Source: Deltaproteobacteria bacterium (GTDB taxonomy: Bacteria > Myxococcota > XYA12-FULL-58-9 > JABJBS01). From it: DNA of 64,000 nucleotides. The notes under the pieces were generated by a model, which did not search any database, was not told the origin of the DNA, and worked only from the letters and a program-made list of their open reading frames with translations. Shown here piece after piece: positions 8,529 to 18,238 of this stretch. The position numbers and the translations under genes were made by a program. The DNA lies in contig JABJBS010000383.1 of the NCBI GenBank assembly GCA_018668695.1, positions 16,753 to 80,752 on the forward strand. Reading direction: 5' to 3'. The stretch's first letter is position 1. Every line of letters starts with the position of its first letter.

Positions 8529-11312
8529 GTGTTACCGGTTACCATGGGACTACGTTCACAGGAGAAACCTACCTTGAAGGACGACGGTGGCGCAGTTCTC
8601 GCGGCCATTGATGAGGCGCTAAGCGAGACAGTTCGCCTTGAAGATTCATTGGCAGACTTCCTTGAAGTGTTGCGCAATTATTGCGGCTCGGAAGTTGCGG
8701 CGATTTATCTGGTCCCACCAGGTGAGCGCGGTCTGGGCTCTGCTCGAATGACGGCAATTTCTGGTGCCGGATTCAAGCGTCAAGAATATATGGTTTTGCC
8801 CAGCGCCTTGATTTCAGCTCTGAGCCATGCGCCAGACGCAATCCACCGAGTGGGTGACGATGCCGCAAGTGTTGTATCGATGCAGTCGGTCTTACCTCTT
8901 CTAAGGGGCCGTTTACGATCTGGCTTTGTTTTAGCCATGCGTCTTGGGGACAGAGTTACCGGCGTCTTACTTTTAGGCGACCAAGTTTCACGCCGACTCC
9001 GCCCTGGTGAGAGAGAGCTATTGGGCCGCGTGGCTAGAAGTTTAGCTTTATCCGTAAACCGTAAGATGGCTTACGAGCTCCTTGCCAACACCCGTTTGAT
9101 CACAGCCGTGGAATTTGCTGGTGAAGCGATTGAAATTCGCGATGCCCAGGGCCGGCTCGAATACGTGAACCCAGCCTTCGAAAAAATCACGGGTTTTCAT
9201 GCAGCCGATGTGCTCGGTTCCTTACACACCGATTTTTTGCGCCGAGAGCCTGCAGATATTGCCCAGCAACGAGATCTTAAGACTACGGTTGAGCGGGGCG
9301 ATGTTTGGCGGGGTAAGTTGGTGGGAGTCTGTGAAAATGGTTCGTTTTGGCACCAAGGTGTCACGGAATCTCCGGTATTTGGCCCCGATGGCCGTATCAG
9401 CCACTTCGTTTCGGTAAAACGAGATATCAGTGAGCGTGTCCACGCTGAGCAAGCCGTTCGAACCAACGAAAGAAAACTCTCAGCCACACTCGATAGTATG
9501 GGCGACGGGCTCATTGTAACTGATCTCTCTGGTGCAGTGGTTCGTATGAACCCGGCAGCAGAGGAGCTTGCTGGGATGAAGGCAGACGACTGCCGCGGTA
9601 AGCAGGTGGTCGAGGCGCTAAATTTTGCCGGGTATCCAAAAACCGAAGAAGAAGCTTCGATTCCGCAAGGCTCCGTGGTTTTGCGAAGCCCACAGGGCGA
9701 TGAGCGCCCAGTCGTGGTGAGCAGTGCCCCGGTGATTGGCCGAGGAGGTCATGAAGAAGGTCATGTTTTGATGCTTCGGGACGTCTCAAGCCAGCAAGCA
9801 GCGATGAATGCGTTGATGCAGAGTCAGCGCGACTTTCGGGAATTGATTGTTCGAAGCCCCGATGGTGTTGCAATCAGCCGAGATGGTTGCTGGGTCTTTG
9901 TGAACCCTGCGTTTGCAACTGCCCTTGGCTACTCCAGTGCTCAGGAGCTTGTTGGTACGCCCATGGCTAAAAGCATTTTGCCGGACGATATCGACAAATT
10001 CTCGAGGGTTGGCGTGGAGGGAGCCGATGTTGCTGTGGAAGCTCGCTTGATTCGAAAAGATGGTCAGCAGGCTACTTTTGAAATCTCTCCGCCTCGAGAC
10101 GTGGAGTACGAGGGAAGCACCGCGTGGATTTACTTTGCTCGAGACGTTACGGCCCGAAAAGAAATGGAAAGCCAGCTGATGCTTGCAGACCGCATGGTCA
10201 GTGTAGGAACGATGGCCGCCGGTGTTGCCCACGAGGTGAATAACCCGCTGGCTTATGTGATGGCGAACCTAGCTTTTGTTCAAGAAGAGTTTGAAAAAAT
10301 CAAACTGACGATGCCTCATGACGCGGCTGACAAAATTGAGATGGCATTGGCTGAAAGCTGTGAAGGTGCAGAGCGCGTGCGCTTGATTGTACGTGACTTA
10401 AAGCACTTTACCCGCGGCGATGAAGAACGCCTTGAGCCGGTGAATATCCAGGAAGTTCTCAACTCTTCAATCAACGTTGCTTGGAATGAAATTCGACACC
10501 GGGGCAATCTGGTGAAGACATTTGAAAAGATTCCCGATGTTTTGGGCAATAAGGCCCGGATGGGGCAGCTTTTCTTAAACTTACTGATTAACGCGGCACA
10601 AGCGTTAGATATTGAGCATTCCCAAACGCACGAGATTCATGTTTCGACGAGTATCAGCGATAACAGTATGGTTTTGGTTGTGATTCGCGACAGTGGCCCG
10701 GGGATTGAACCTGCCATCCGAGAGCGTATTTTTGATCCCTTCTTCACCACCAAAGCGGTTGGCGAGGGCACGGGGCTGGGCTTGTCGATTTGTCATAATA
10801 TTGTGACGTCCATGGGCGGGAATATTGGCTTCAATACGCGGGTTCAAAAAGGGACAGAAGTGTGGGTAGAGCTGCCTGCGCATGCGGTTGCGATTCAAGG
10901 CGGTGCACGCTTGGCTTCAGATGGAGTGGTTCAGGCCGCCGCCGATGTTCGGGCGCGTATTCTAGTTGCTGATGATGAGCCGCCGGTTGCTCGGGCATTG
11001 AAGCGGGCGCTGGCACAACATGACGTTGTGGTGGTCAACAATGGTAAGGATGCGTTGGAAGCTTGGGCCAAAGAGCCGTTTGATGTCATGTTTTGTGACG
11101 TGATGATGCCAGGATTGATGGGAATGGATATCTATGAAGCCCTAAAAGAGCGGGGTGATGGTTACCATGAGAGAATTATTTTTATGAGCGGTGGGGCCTT
11201 CACGCCCGAAGCCCAGAATTTTCTAACAGCGGTTGAAAACCCGAGCATAGAAAAACCTTTTGACCTCAAGCAGGTTAAATCTCTGGCGCTTGAAGTGGCT
11301 TCTCGCCGCTAA
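8529..11312 (+). CDS. GAF-PAS(x3) sensor hybrid histidine kinase with C-terminal receiver
   Basis: HisKA H-box ([20 protein letters not shown]). HATPase_c G-boxes ([20 protein letters not shown]; [13 protein letters not shown]). C-terminal REC ([14 protein letters not shown]...[22 protein letters not shown]). Multiple PAS-like segments. N-terminal GAF-like region. Exact start uncertain. Confidence 0.85.
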   Translation: MLPVTMGLRSQEKPTLKDDGGAVLAAIDEALSETVRLEDSLADFLEVLRNYCGSEVAAIYLVPPGERGLGSARMTAISGAGFKRQEYMVLPSALISALSHAPDAIHRVGDDAASVVSMQSVLPLLRGRLRSGFVLAMRLGDRVTGVLLLGDQVSRRLRPGERELLGRVARSLALSVNRKMAYELLANTRLITAVEFAGEAIEIRDAQGRLEYVNPAFEKITGFHAADVLGSLHTDFLRREPADIAQQRDLKTTVERGDVWRGKLVGVCENGSFWHQGVTESPVFGPDGRISHFVSVKRDISERVHAEQAVRTNERKLSATLDSMGDGLIVTDLSGAVVRMNPAAEELAGMKADDCRGKQVVEALNFAGYPKTEEEASIPQGSVVLRSPQGDERPVVVSSAPVIGRGGHEEGHVLMLRDVSSQQAAMNALMQSQRDFRELIVRSPDGVAISRDGCWVFVNPAFATALGYSSAQELVGTPMAKSILPDDIDKFSRVGVEGADVAVEARLIRKDGQQATFEISPPRDVEYEGSTAWIYFARDVTARKEMESQLMLADRMVSVGTMAAGVAHEVNNPLAYVMANLAFVQEEFEKIKLTMPHDAADKIEMALAESCEGAERVRLIVRDLKHFTRGDEERLEPVNIQEVLNSSINVAWNEIRHRGNLVKTFEKIPDVLGNKARMGQLFLNLLINAAQALDIEHSQTHEIHVSTSISDNSMVLVVIRDSGPGIEPAIRERIFDPFFTTKAVGEGTGLGLSICHNIVTSMGGNIGFNTRVQKGTEVWVELPAHAVAIQGGARLASDGVVQAAADVRARILVADDEPPVARALKRALAQHDVVVVNNGKDALEAWAKEPFDVMFCDVMMPGLMGMDIYEALKERGDGYHERIIFMSGGAFTPEAQNFLTAVENPSIEKPFDLKQVKSLALEVASRR

Positions 11313-11342
11313 AGACGAGCTATTAAAATTAGGGAATATGAA

Positions 11343-12647
11343 ATGTTGCGAGTGCTTTTATTTCTAGCAGTAACCCTGGGTTGCACCTTTTCTGCTCAAG
11401 CTAAAGATAAAGAATTGATGGTGCTGGTGCTAATCGACGCTCTCAGGCCTGACCATATGGGTTCTTACGGCTATACGGAGCCGACCACCCCAGAGCTTGA
11501 TAAGCTGGCAGCTCTTTCGACTCGGTACACCCGAGTCTATGCCAATGCACCTTGGACTCGGCCCTCGACCGCCAGTTTTTTAACGGGGCTCAACGCATCC
11601 AGACACCGCACGGAAACCAGCAAGCAGAAGCTGCCTAAAGAGATTACAACCTTGGCTCAGCGTTTAAAGAAAGCTGGATGGACCACCGCCGGGTTTGTTG
11701 CCAATGGCAATGGTGGCTCTTTGGCTAAGCTGCAAAAAGGCTTCGATGTTTTTCGAGATCCCACCAATACCTATACGAAGAAAAAAAGGGGGAAAACCTA
11801 TAATGGCTTACCCACCGGCCACTTTTTGGTGGAGAAGGCTTTTCAATGGCTTGACCAGGACAAGTCGGACAAAGTTTTCCTTTTCCTTTTTACAGTTGAT
11901 CCCCACGACCCCTATGCCGCTCCGAAGCACTTGGAGAAACAATTCCTAAAAGGCTACAAAGGTAAAATCACCAGAAGCCCAATCTGGGAATACAAAAATA
12001 ATTATCCTCCGGAACGGCGCAAAGCCATTGTTGCCGTGTACGACGCTTCCATTCGTTACGGAGACGAGGCCATGGGCAGATTGGTCAAAGGGCTTAAAAA
12101 GCGAAACCTTTTTGAGAAAAGCACCATGATGATCACCGCGGATCATGGTGAGGGGATGGGCGAACACGGCTTCTACATGCATGCGCATCAATTTTGGGAT
12201 GAAGTCGTTAAAATTCCCCTTTTAGTGAAGTCACCAAGTTTTACCCCGGGTAAAGTAGATGAACGCCTGACCCAGTCTTTGGATATAGCGAAAACGTTGG
12301 CGGCTCTGGGAGGAGCGAGCACAAAGGGGATGCCGGGTTATCACCTCCTAAAAGAGGAGGCTCCCCATGTTATCAGTGAGTACAATGAACACGGGATTCA
12401 TCGTCAGGCGATCGTTGGCAAGCGCTACAAAGTTATTTGGCAAAAGCCTGCGGACGAGGCCTGGTATATGCGCGCAGCGAAGAAAAAAGAGTATTTCCCC
12501 TCAGTTTCGTTTGGGAAAGAAGTCGTTCGAGTTTTTGATTTGAAAGCCGATCCAGGTGAAACCAAGGATTTGGCGGCTCAAATGCCTGCGGAAGCTGCCC
12601 AATTGCTTAAAACATTGCGCGAATTTGTCGCTAAAAGCGATAGCTAA
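11343..12647 (+). CDS. secreted alkaline-phosphatase-superfamily hydrolase (sulfatase/NPP-like), Thr nucleophile
   Basis: Signal peptide. VLVLIDALRPDHMGSYGY metal-binding start. APWTRPSTASFLTGL carries Thr in the nucleophile position, as in NPP/phosphodiesterase or phosphoethanolamine-transferase-type enzymes rather than the Cys/Ser of true sulfatases. ITADHGEGMGEHG is the distal metal site. Confidence 0.7.
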   Translation: MLRVLLFLAVTLGCTFSAQAKDKELMVLVLIDALRPDHMGSYGYTEPTTPELDKLAALSTRYTRVYANAPWTRPSTASFLTGLNASRHRTETSKQKLPKEITTLAQRLKKAGWTTAGFVANGNGGSLAKLQKGFDVFRDPTNTYTKKKRGKTYNGLPTGHFLVEKAFQWLDQDKSDKVFLFLFTVDPHDPYAAPKHLEKQFLKGYKGKITRSPIWEYKNNYPPERRKAIVAVYDASIRYGDEAMGRLVKGLKKRNLFEKSTMMITADHGEGMGEHGFYMHAHQFWDEVVKIPLLVKSPSFTPGKVDERLTQSLDIAKTLAALGGASTKGMPGYHLLKEEAPHVISEYNEHGIHRQAIVGKRYKVIWQKPADEAWYMRAAKKKEYFPSVSFGKEVVRVFDLKADPGETKDLAAQMPAEAAQLLKTLREFVAKSDS

Positions 12648-12693
12648 GGCGTCGTCTTGTGCCTCTTAACCTCGGGTGTTAGAGCGTTTATCA

Positions 12694-13659
12694 ATGAAAA
12701 GCTCGCTTCTTATCAGTGTGTGTTTAGCTCTTGGCTCTCAAGCTTTGCTTGGTTGCCAGGCAGATGCGCCCGATGCCTCCCATGAGGTGAAGCGTGATGT
12801 GCTGGCACGGGTAAATGGTGAGCCTATTTATGCGTCCGAATTCAAGCGCGAACTCAGCGCCGTCCGTGTGGATGATCCCGAGGGTGCACCGATTGGTCTC
12901 GCGGATATGGTTCAGCTGCGCAACTTACTCAGAGATCAAATTGAGCGTCGACTTCTGCTCCAGGCCGCCAGCAATAAAAAGGTTGTGGTCAGTGCAGCTC
13001 AGGTTGAAGGCGCTTACCGGCGGATGCGGATGGGCTGGGAGAGTGAAGCTTTCCAGGCCATCCTGAAGGGCCGCTCTATCTCGGTTGCAGGGCTCAAGCG
13101 TGAATTACGAGAGAGCTTAACGGTTCAACAGTATTTACTGGACCATATCTATGCGCGTCTGGCGATTACTGAGCAGCAAATTACTGTGTATTTGGAAGAG
13201 CATCCGGAGCGTCTTGTTGATGCACCTTCGGTGAGAGCTCTGCAAATTGTGGTGGCTAGCCGAGAGAAGGCTAAAGAAATCGCTCGGGAAATTCGCCGCG
13301 GCTTAAGTTTTGAAGACGCAGCGATGCAATATTCTCTGAGCCCAGAAGGTAAATCAGGCGGAGACTTGGGCTTTTTTGCCAAGGGTACGATGCCGCTGGT
13401 TTTTGAGCGCGCGTTTACCATGTGGCCGGGCCAGGTCAGTGAGATACTCGAAAGTGATTATGGGTTTCATCTTTTAAAGCTTTTGGAAAAGCGAGATGAA
13501 GAAGAACTCCCTTTAATGAAAGTTCGTGATGCGGTAGAGGACGAGCTTTTGCGAAGCGCTCAAAGAGAAGCGATGCGCAAAACAGTCGAGAAATTACGTG
13601 AGGCGGCAACTCTTGAGATGCCATCGGAGAAAGATCTTGAAAAATTTATGCGCCCCTAG
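12694..13659 (+). CDS. periplasmic SurA-like chaperone / parvulin-type peptidyl-prolyl isomerase (lipoprotein)
   Basis: Lipoprotein signal MKSSLLISVCLALGSQALLGC. SurA_N-like N-terminal region. PpiC/parvulin domain GDLGFFAKGTMPLVFERAFTMWPGQVSEILESDYGFHLLKLLE. The track start at 12676 was trimmed to the internal Met. Confidence 0.75.
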   Translation: MKSSLLISVCLALGSQALLGCQADAPDASHEVKRDVLARVNGEPIYASEFKRELSAVRVDDPEGAPIGLADMVQLRNLLRDQIERRLLLQAASNKKVVVSAAQVEGAYRRMRMGWESEAFQAILKGRSISVAGLKRELRESLTVQQYLLDHIYARLAITEQQITVYLEEHPERLVDAPSVRALQIVVASREKAKEIAREIRRGLSFEDAAMQYSLSPEGKSGGDLGFFAKGTMPLVFERAFTMWPGQVSEILESDYGFHLLKLLEKRDEEELPLMKVRDAVEDELLRSAQREAMRKTVEKLREAATLEMPSEKDLEKFMRP

Positions 13660-14620
13660 TTGGTTAATTGTAGCGCTCTTGGTGATGGTTGCTTTGCCGG
13701 TATCTGCAGCTGAGGTTGTGGATCGTATTGTTGCGGTTATTGAGGGTGAGATCATTACCTTGCGTGAGCTCGAAGTTCGGGCCCAGCCCTTTATGGAGAA
13801 AGTCGCAAGTATCGCCGATCCCGTTGAGCGAGAGAGCCAGCGCCAAGCGGTGATGCTGAAGGTTCTTGATATCCAAATTGGCGAAAAGATGGTCGATCTG
13901 GAGCTTAAAACCAACGCCGAGATGCTCGGTGTGGGCGAGCCCGACATCAACCGGGCGATTGAAGAAGTTCTTCGAATGAACTCTCTTAACCGAGAGCAGC
14001 TTCAAGCCGCTCTCTACAATCAGGGAATGACCTGGACGGAATACAGAACGAAGCTCAAATCTCAGATCGAGCGAGCTCGTTTGATTCAATATAAAGTTCA
14101 AGGACGCATTCAAGTAAAACCAGAGGATGTTCAAGGCTTGTGCCGCGAGCGCCAAAACGATGGTAACCAGAACGTTAAAGTCTGCGCATCGCATATTTTA
14201 CTGGGAACAAAAAATGCGAGCAGCGAGAAGGATCTTGAAGAGCTTCGTCTTGAAGCAGCTAAGCTTCAGGCTGAGCTGAGTGCTGGCGCTGACTTTGCGG
14301 CTTACGCGCTTGAGCGCTCCGACGACAAGGGTTCTCCGGATGGCAATTTGGGCTGTTTTGAGCGTGGGATGATGGTTAAAGAGTTCGAAGAGACAGCATT
14401 CAGTACGCCGATTGGTACCGTTTCTAAAGTAGTACGCACACAGTTTGGTTTTCACATCATCAAGGTGACTGACCGAAAAGTTCAAGCCCCCAGTGGTTGT
14501 GAAACCCCTGAAGAACTCGAACCGTTTCACAGCGAACTTTATCAAAAGAAGATGGAAGAGCAGATGAAGGTCTGGGTATCGGAACTTCGTAAAAAAGCTT
14601 TTGTAGACGTCCGCCTCTAA
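13598..14620 (+). CDS. second SurA-like parvulin-type peptidyl-prolyl isomerase
   Basis: Signal peptide LIVALLVMVALPVSAAE. Parvulin domain ASHILLG...GNLGCFERGMMVKEFEETAFSTPIGTVSKVVRTQFGFHIIKV. The track start overlaps the preceding gene by 62 nt, so the true start is probably downstream. Confidence 0.7.
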   Translation: MRRQLLRCHRRKILKNLCAPSWLIVALLVMVALPVSAAEVVDRIVAVIEGEIITLRELEVRAQPFMEKVASIADPVERESQRQAVMLKVLDIQIGEKMVDLELKTNAEMLGVGEPDINRAIEEVLRMNSLNREQLQAALYNQGMTWTEYRTKLKSQIERARLIQYKVQGRIQVKPEDVQGLCRERQNDGNQNVKVCASHILLGTKNASSEKDLEELRLEAAKLQAELSAGADFAAYALERSDDKGSPDGNLGCFERGMMVKEFEETAFSTPIGTVSKVVRTQFGFHIIKVTDRKVQAPSGCETPEELEPFHSELYQKKMEEQMKVWVSELRKKAFVDVRL

Positions 14621-14635
14621 AGGGGAGGTTCATCC

Positions 14636-15124
14636 ATGGCTTCATCGAAAAAGAGTAAACTCACCCACCTCAACCAGCGCGGCGAAATGCACATGGTTGA
14701 TATAGGGCAAAAACAAGTGACCAGCCGACAAGCCGTCGCTCAGAGCCGCTTGCGTTTGAATAAAGCATCCATTGAGGCACTGAAAAATGGGGCCGATAAG
14801 GGTGATGTCTTTGCGGCGGCCCGTTTGGCGGGCATCATGGCGGCGAAAAAGACCTCCGAATTGATTCCTTTGTGTCACCCGCTCGGTCTTACCCGAGTTG
14901 ATGTAGAAGTTGAACTGAAGCCACCGCACGTGGAGATTTTGGTTGTGGCCGAAAATGCCGGTAAAACTGGCGTTGAAATGGAAGCCATGACTGCGGCGAG
15001 CATAGCTGCCCTCACGGTCTACGATATGCTTAAAGCTGTTGATCGGGGCATGACCATCGAGCGAGTTCGTTTGATTAAGAAAACAGGCGGTAAAAGCGGA
15101 GAGTGGAAGCGCCGCGGTCGCTAA
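14636..15124 (+). CDS. moaC: cyclic pyranopterin monophosphate synthase MoaC
   Basis: HMVDIGQKQVTSRQAVAQ...GDVFAAARLAGIMAAKKTSELIPLCHPLGLTRVDVEV...GVEMEAMTAASIAALTVYDMLKAVD. Full-length MoaC signature. Confidence 0.9.
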   Translation: MASSKKSKLTHLNQRGEMHMVDIGQKQVTSRQAVAQSRLRLNKASIEALKNGADKGDVFAAARLAGIMAAKKTSELIPLCHPLGLTRVDVEVELKPPHVEILVVAENAGKTGVEMEAMTAASIAALTVYDMLKAVDRGMTIERVRLIKKTGGKSGEWKRRGR

Positions 15125-15867
15125 GCTCTGGGGACGTAATTTATCATCGCTTCGATGAGTTCTTCGGTACCGGGCTGGTCTGGTACCAATGTGATTTTAA
15201 GGCCCGCCGCTTCAGCGGCTTTCTGAGTGGTCGGTCCCATACAGATAATTTTTGCGTTTTCGATGGGGTGCAGGTGAGTCACAAAGCCCTCTACAGCACT
15301 TGGACTGGTTAGCAAAACCCAGCTGGGGCGAGACACTTCAATAGGAATCGGGCCAGGAACACAGGTTTGTGGCTCGTAGAGCTCGAGGCGGTGGGTTTGA
15401 ATCCCTCTTTCGGCCATCTTCGCGGCAAACGTTGGGTGTGCACTTTTTGAGCAAGGAAACAATACGGGGTGTTCTGGTGTGGTGCCAAAGTGGTTCCACA
15501 CTGCCTCGGCCAGTCCTTCCCCGGTTCGAGTTTTGGCTTCGACGACTGGGCCATAGGGGCGCATTGCCTCACTGGTTGCTGGCCCAATACTAAATCTTGG
15601 GGTCTTCTCGGGCAGTTTTCGGTCATTTTCTTCGAGTTGAGCAAGAAAGAAGTTCCAGGCGTTTTGACTTGAAAAGGCCAGAGCGCAATAAGGGGTCTCT
15701 AATAAGTTAGGTAGCTCGGGTTGTAAGGCAACGAGCTTGACCGTTGGAATGTGAACAACCGAGGCGCCGTGCTTTAGCAATTGGTCGCGAAGGTTGAGCG
15801 AGCTTTTAAGGGGCCTGGTAAGCAAAATGGTTTCGCCCCGAAGGGGGAGTGATGGGCTGTGCGGCAT
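15121..15867 (-). CDS. hemD: uroporphyrinogen-III synthase
   Basis: ILLTRP...LLKHGASVVHIPTVKL, and a HemD-like two-lobe pattern through to the C-terminus. Sits in a heme gene neighbourhood. Confidence 0.65.
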   Translation of the reverse strand: MPHSPSLPLRGETILLTRPLKSSLNLRDQLLKHGASVVHIPTVKLVALQPELPNLLETPYCALAFSSQNAWNFFLAQLEENDRKLPEKTPRFSIGPATSEAMRPYGPVVEAKTRTGEGLAEAVWNHFGTTPEHPVLFPCSKSAHPTFAAKMAERGIQTHRLELYEPQTCVPGPIPIEVSRPSWVLLTSPSAVEGFVTHLHPIENAKIICMGPTTQKAAEAAGLKITLVPDQPGTEELIEAMINYVPRA

Positions 15868-15925
15868 TGTCAGAATTCTTCCTCTTGAGGACGTTTCAAT
15901 AGTATTATTTCAACCATGATTCAAA

Positions 15926-16957
15926 GTGGTTAGAAGAAAGGCCAAGATTGCTATGCGATACACCATCATGATTCTAGTGATGTTCACTGCTTTCGGGGTG
16001 CAAGCGGCCGAACACGCCAATTGGCAAGACTACATTAAAGCCAACCGTTATGCCTGCCCGGGACCTTTGGATACCTTGGCGGAAGCACGCATTTTTGAGG
16101 CAGGCGGTAAAAAGTACGTTCAAACTGGATACCGGGTTGAGGTTGAAGGTGGAGATGAGGACAAGCACATCAAGATCGGTGTGTTGAGTGCGAGTAAAGA
16201 TCTCTCAGACTTTACCCGTAAAAACCTCGAGCAAACTTTGGCTTGGTTCAAGAAAGAGGGTGCGGAGTGGATTGTAGCCAATGGTGACCTTGCAATTGAT
16301 GAATTTGATTTTGAAGAGTTTGTGGAGATTCTAGCGAAAACGCAGCTTCCAACACTGATTGTTTTGGGCAACAGCGACAGCCGGGGAGGCTGGGCCCGGA
16401 TTTACCGCTCGATGTCGAAAAAATACCCCAACCTTTTTGATGGGACTCTTGTTCGGCAAATTGTAGCTGACGATGCAGAGTTTTGGACACTTTCGGGTTA
16501 CCATAACAAGGCATTTATTCATCAGACCGGTGCGTGTAGCTATAAGACTGAAGACGTTGATTTGGTTCGTCGCCACCTCAAAGAATCTAAAAAGGCACCC
16601 GTGGTGCTGGTTTCACATGGCCCGCCGCAAGGTAGAGGCTTTCACGCCATCGACCGTATTGGCGACAAAAAGAACGTGGGCGATCCTGATTTGACTAAAC
16701 TTTTAAAGAAACGAAATATTCCTTTTGGGATTTTTGGACACATTTTAGAAGCAGGCGGCCGAGCCAATGGTGGGGCGCTTAAGAATAGAATTAAGCAAAA
16801 TCAATACAGCCCAAAGCTTTATATCAATGCGGGAAGTATGTCGGGCGATCCGTGGGGTATGCTTGACGGTTCAGCTTCCTATGGTCTGGCGATGATGTTC
16901 GAGATTAAAGACGGCAAGGCTCGTTACAAGGTGAAGCGCTTTAAGTCGCAGTTCTAA
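15926..16957 (+). CDS. secreted calcineurin-like metallophosphoesterase
   Basis: Signal peptide. Motifs VANGDLAID, VLGNSDSRG, VLVSHGPP, FGIFGHILEAGG (metallophosphoesterase GD/GNH[DE] blocks). The start may be the internal Met at ~15953. Confidence 0.65.
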   Translation: MVRRKAKIAMRYTIMILVMFTAFGVQAAEHANWQDYIKANRYACPGPLDTLAEARIFEAGGKKYVQTGYRVEVEGGDEDKHIKIGVLSASKDLSDFTRKNLEQTLAWFKKEGAEWIVANGDLAIDEFDFEEFVEILAKTQLPTLIVLGNSDSRGGWARIYRSMSKKYPNLFDGTLVRQIVADDAEFWTLSGYHNKAFIHQTGACSYKTEDVDLVRRHLKESKKAPVVLVSHGPPQGRGFHAIDRIGDKKNVGDPDLTKLLKKRNIPFGIFGHILEAGGRANGGALKNRIKQNQYSPKLYINAGSMSGDPWGMLDGSASYGLAMMFEIKDGKARYKVKRFKSQF

Positions 16958-17047
16958 TGCTGTCGTTTTGCTTTTTGAATGGCGACTCAATTTGCGTACC
17001 GGAGACAGCCGGGCATTGAAAACATTGGACTTTTAGAGGTTTTGGTG

Positions 17048-17063
17048 TGGCACTGGGATTGCT
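17048..17063 (+). promoter_or_regulatory. near-consensus sigma-54 (-24/-12) promoter TGGCAC-N5-TTGCT
   Basis: gtgTGGCACtgggaTTGCTtgg with exact GG-N10-GC spacing. It lies 35-50 nt upstream of the AGGAG RBS and ATG at 17099. Confidence 0.55.
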
Positions 17064-17098
17064 TGGAATAGGGGGAACCTTAGAACCAGGAGTTTCCC

Positions 17099-17326
17099 AT
17101 GGAAGTAAATAAGCACAAAGCAGTCTATGTCATTATCGAGAATGAGCGCCTTGAGAAGCCGCTCTTTCGCCGAATCGGCACCGCGTTTGTTAATAAAGAC
17201 CAATCATTGAACGTAATTTTGGAAGCTTTGCCAATTGAGGGTAGATTACATATTCGCGAACCCAGGGCTCATGATGAAAAAAGCGCGAAGTTGCAAAGCC
17301 AAGGGGCTGCACGACCCGTGTTATAA
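17099..17326 (+). CDS. small hypothetical protein (75 aa)
   Basis: ORF with AGGAG RBS 8 nt upstream, directly downstream of the sigma-54-like promoter. No recognisable motif. Confidence 0.4.
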   Translation: MEVNKHKAVYVIIENERLEKPLFRRIGTAFVNKDQSLNVILEALPIEGRLHIREPRAHDEKSAKLQSQGAARPVL

Positions 17327-17388
17327 TGGTGAGGCAAGAGCCGGTTAGGGTTGACCGGTGGCCGCACGAGCCCTAAGAGCGAGTAAGT

Positions 17389-18225
17389 ATGCTTGGATTA
17401 ATTGATCTTTTGACCGCGGCGCTACCGCTTCTTTACGGTTTAACAGCCGTGAATTATGCCGTCTATTTTATGCGTGAAGATCCCTTCGCGGAGCGTACTT
17501 GCAGTCTGTTCTTGGCTGGTACCGTTTTTGTCCACGTCGGTTTTGTTGTTTTACTCTCGGCGCATTTTAGCCGGGTTCCCGTGGCAACACTCCCGGAGGC
17601 TCTGAACCTCATGGCCTTATCGGTCGCCTTAACTTATCTGTACGTGGAACGCATTGAGCGTCACCGAAGCACGGGTATGTTCATTCTGCCACTGGTCGTT
17701 ATGCTTCAATTGGCATCATCAGCCCTCTTACCGCATTCCAACCCAGAAGTTTTACCGCAGAGTCACCTTTTCGAGTCTTCGTTTTTCGGCTTCCACGCCA
17801 TTGCGGCGATTCTTGGGTACACGGCTTTTGCGGTCGGCGCAGTTTACGGCCTGATGTACGTTTTGCTCTACCGTTCGCTTAAAGCGAAAACTTTCGGCCT
17901 GATGTTTGAGCGGCTGCCGTCACTTGATGTGCTCAGCAAGATGATGTTCGGCGCCACCTTCTTAGGTTGGGTATTTCTTACGGTCACGATTGGTTTGGGC
18001 GTGGGAATGAGCATGGGGCAGCTCCCAGAATTTTATCTCGACCCAAAGTTTCTATCGACTGTTGCGGTGTGGATCGTTTATGGCGCGGGTGTACTAACTT
18101 GGTATGCCCTGAGTTGGCGCGGGGCTCGCGCGGTTTATTTTTCGCTGGCAGGCTTTGTTTTTGCGTTGGTTGCAATGATGGGTTCAGCATTTTTTTGGCG
18201 CTCTTTTCATGCGTTTTTAACATAA
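17389..18225 (+). CDS. CcsA/HemX-like cytochrome c assembly family membrane protein
   Basis: About eight predicted TM helices. C-terminal WxxxRGARAVYFSLAGFVF region typical of the CcsA/ResC/HemX family. Positioned immediately upstream of hemA, as commonly seen. Confidence 0.55.
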   Translation: MLGLIDLLTAALPLLYGLTAVNYAVYFMREDPFAERTCSLFLAGTVFVHVGFVVLLSAHFSRVPVATLPEALNLMALSVALTYLYVERIERHRSTGMFILPLVVMLQLASSALLPHSNPEVLPQSHLFESSFFGFHAIAAILGYTAFAVGAVYGLMYVLLYRSLKAKTFGLMFERLPSLDVLSKMMFGATFLGWVFLTVTIGLGVGMSMGQLPEFYLDPKFLSTVAVWIVYGAGVLTWYALSWRGARAVYFSLAGFVFALVAMMGSAFFWRSFHAFLT

Positions 18226-18238
18226 GTGGCGATGTATT

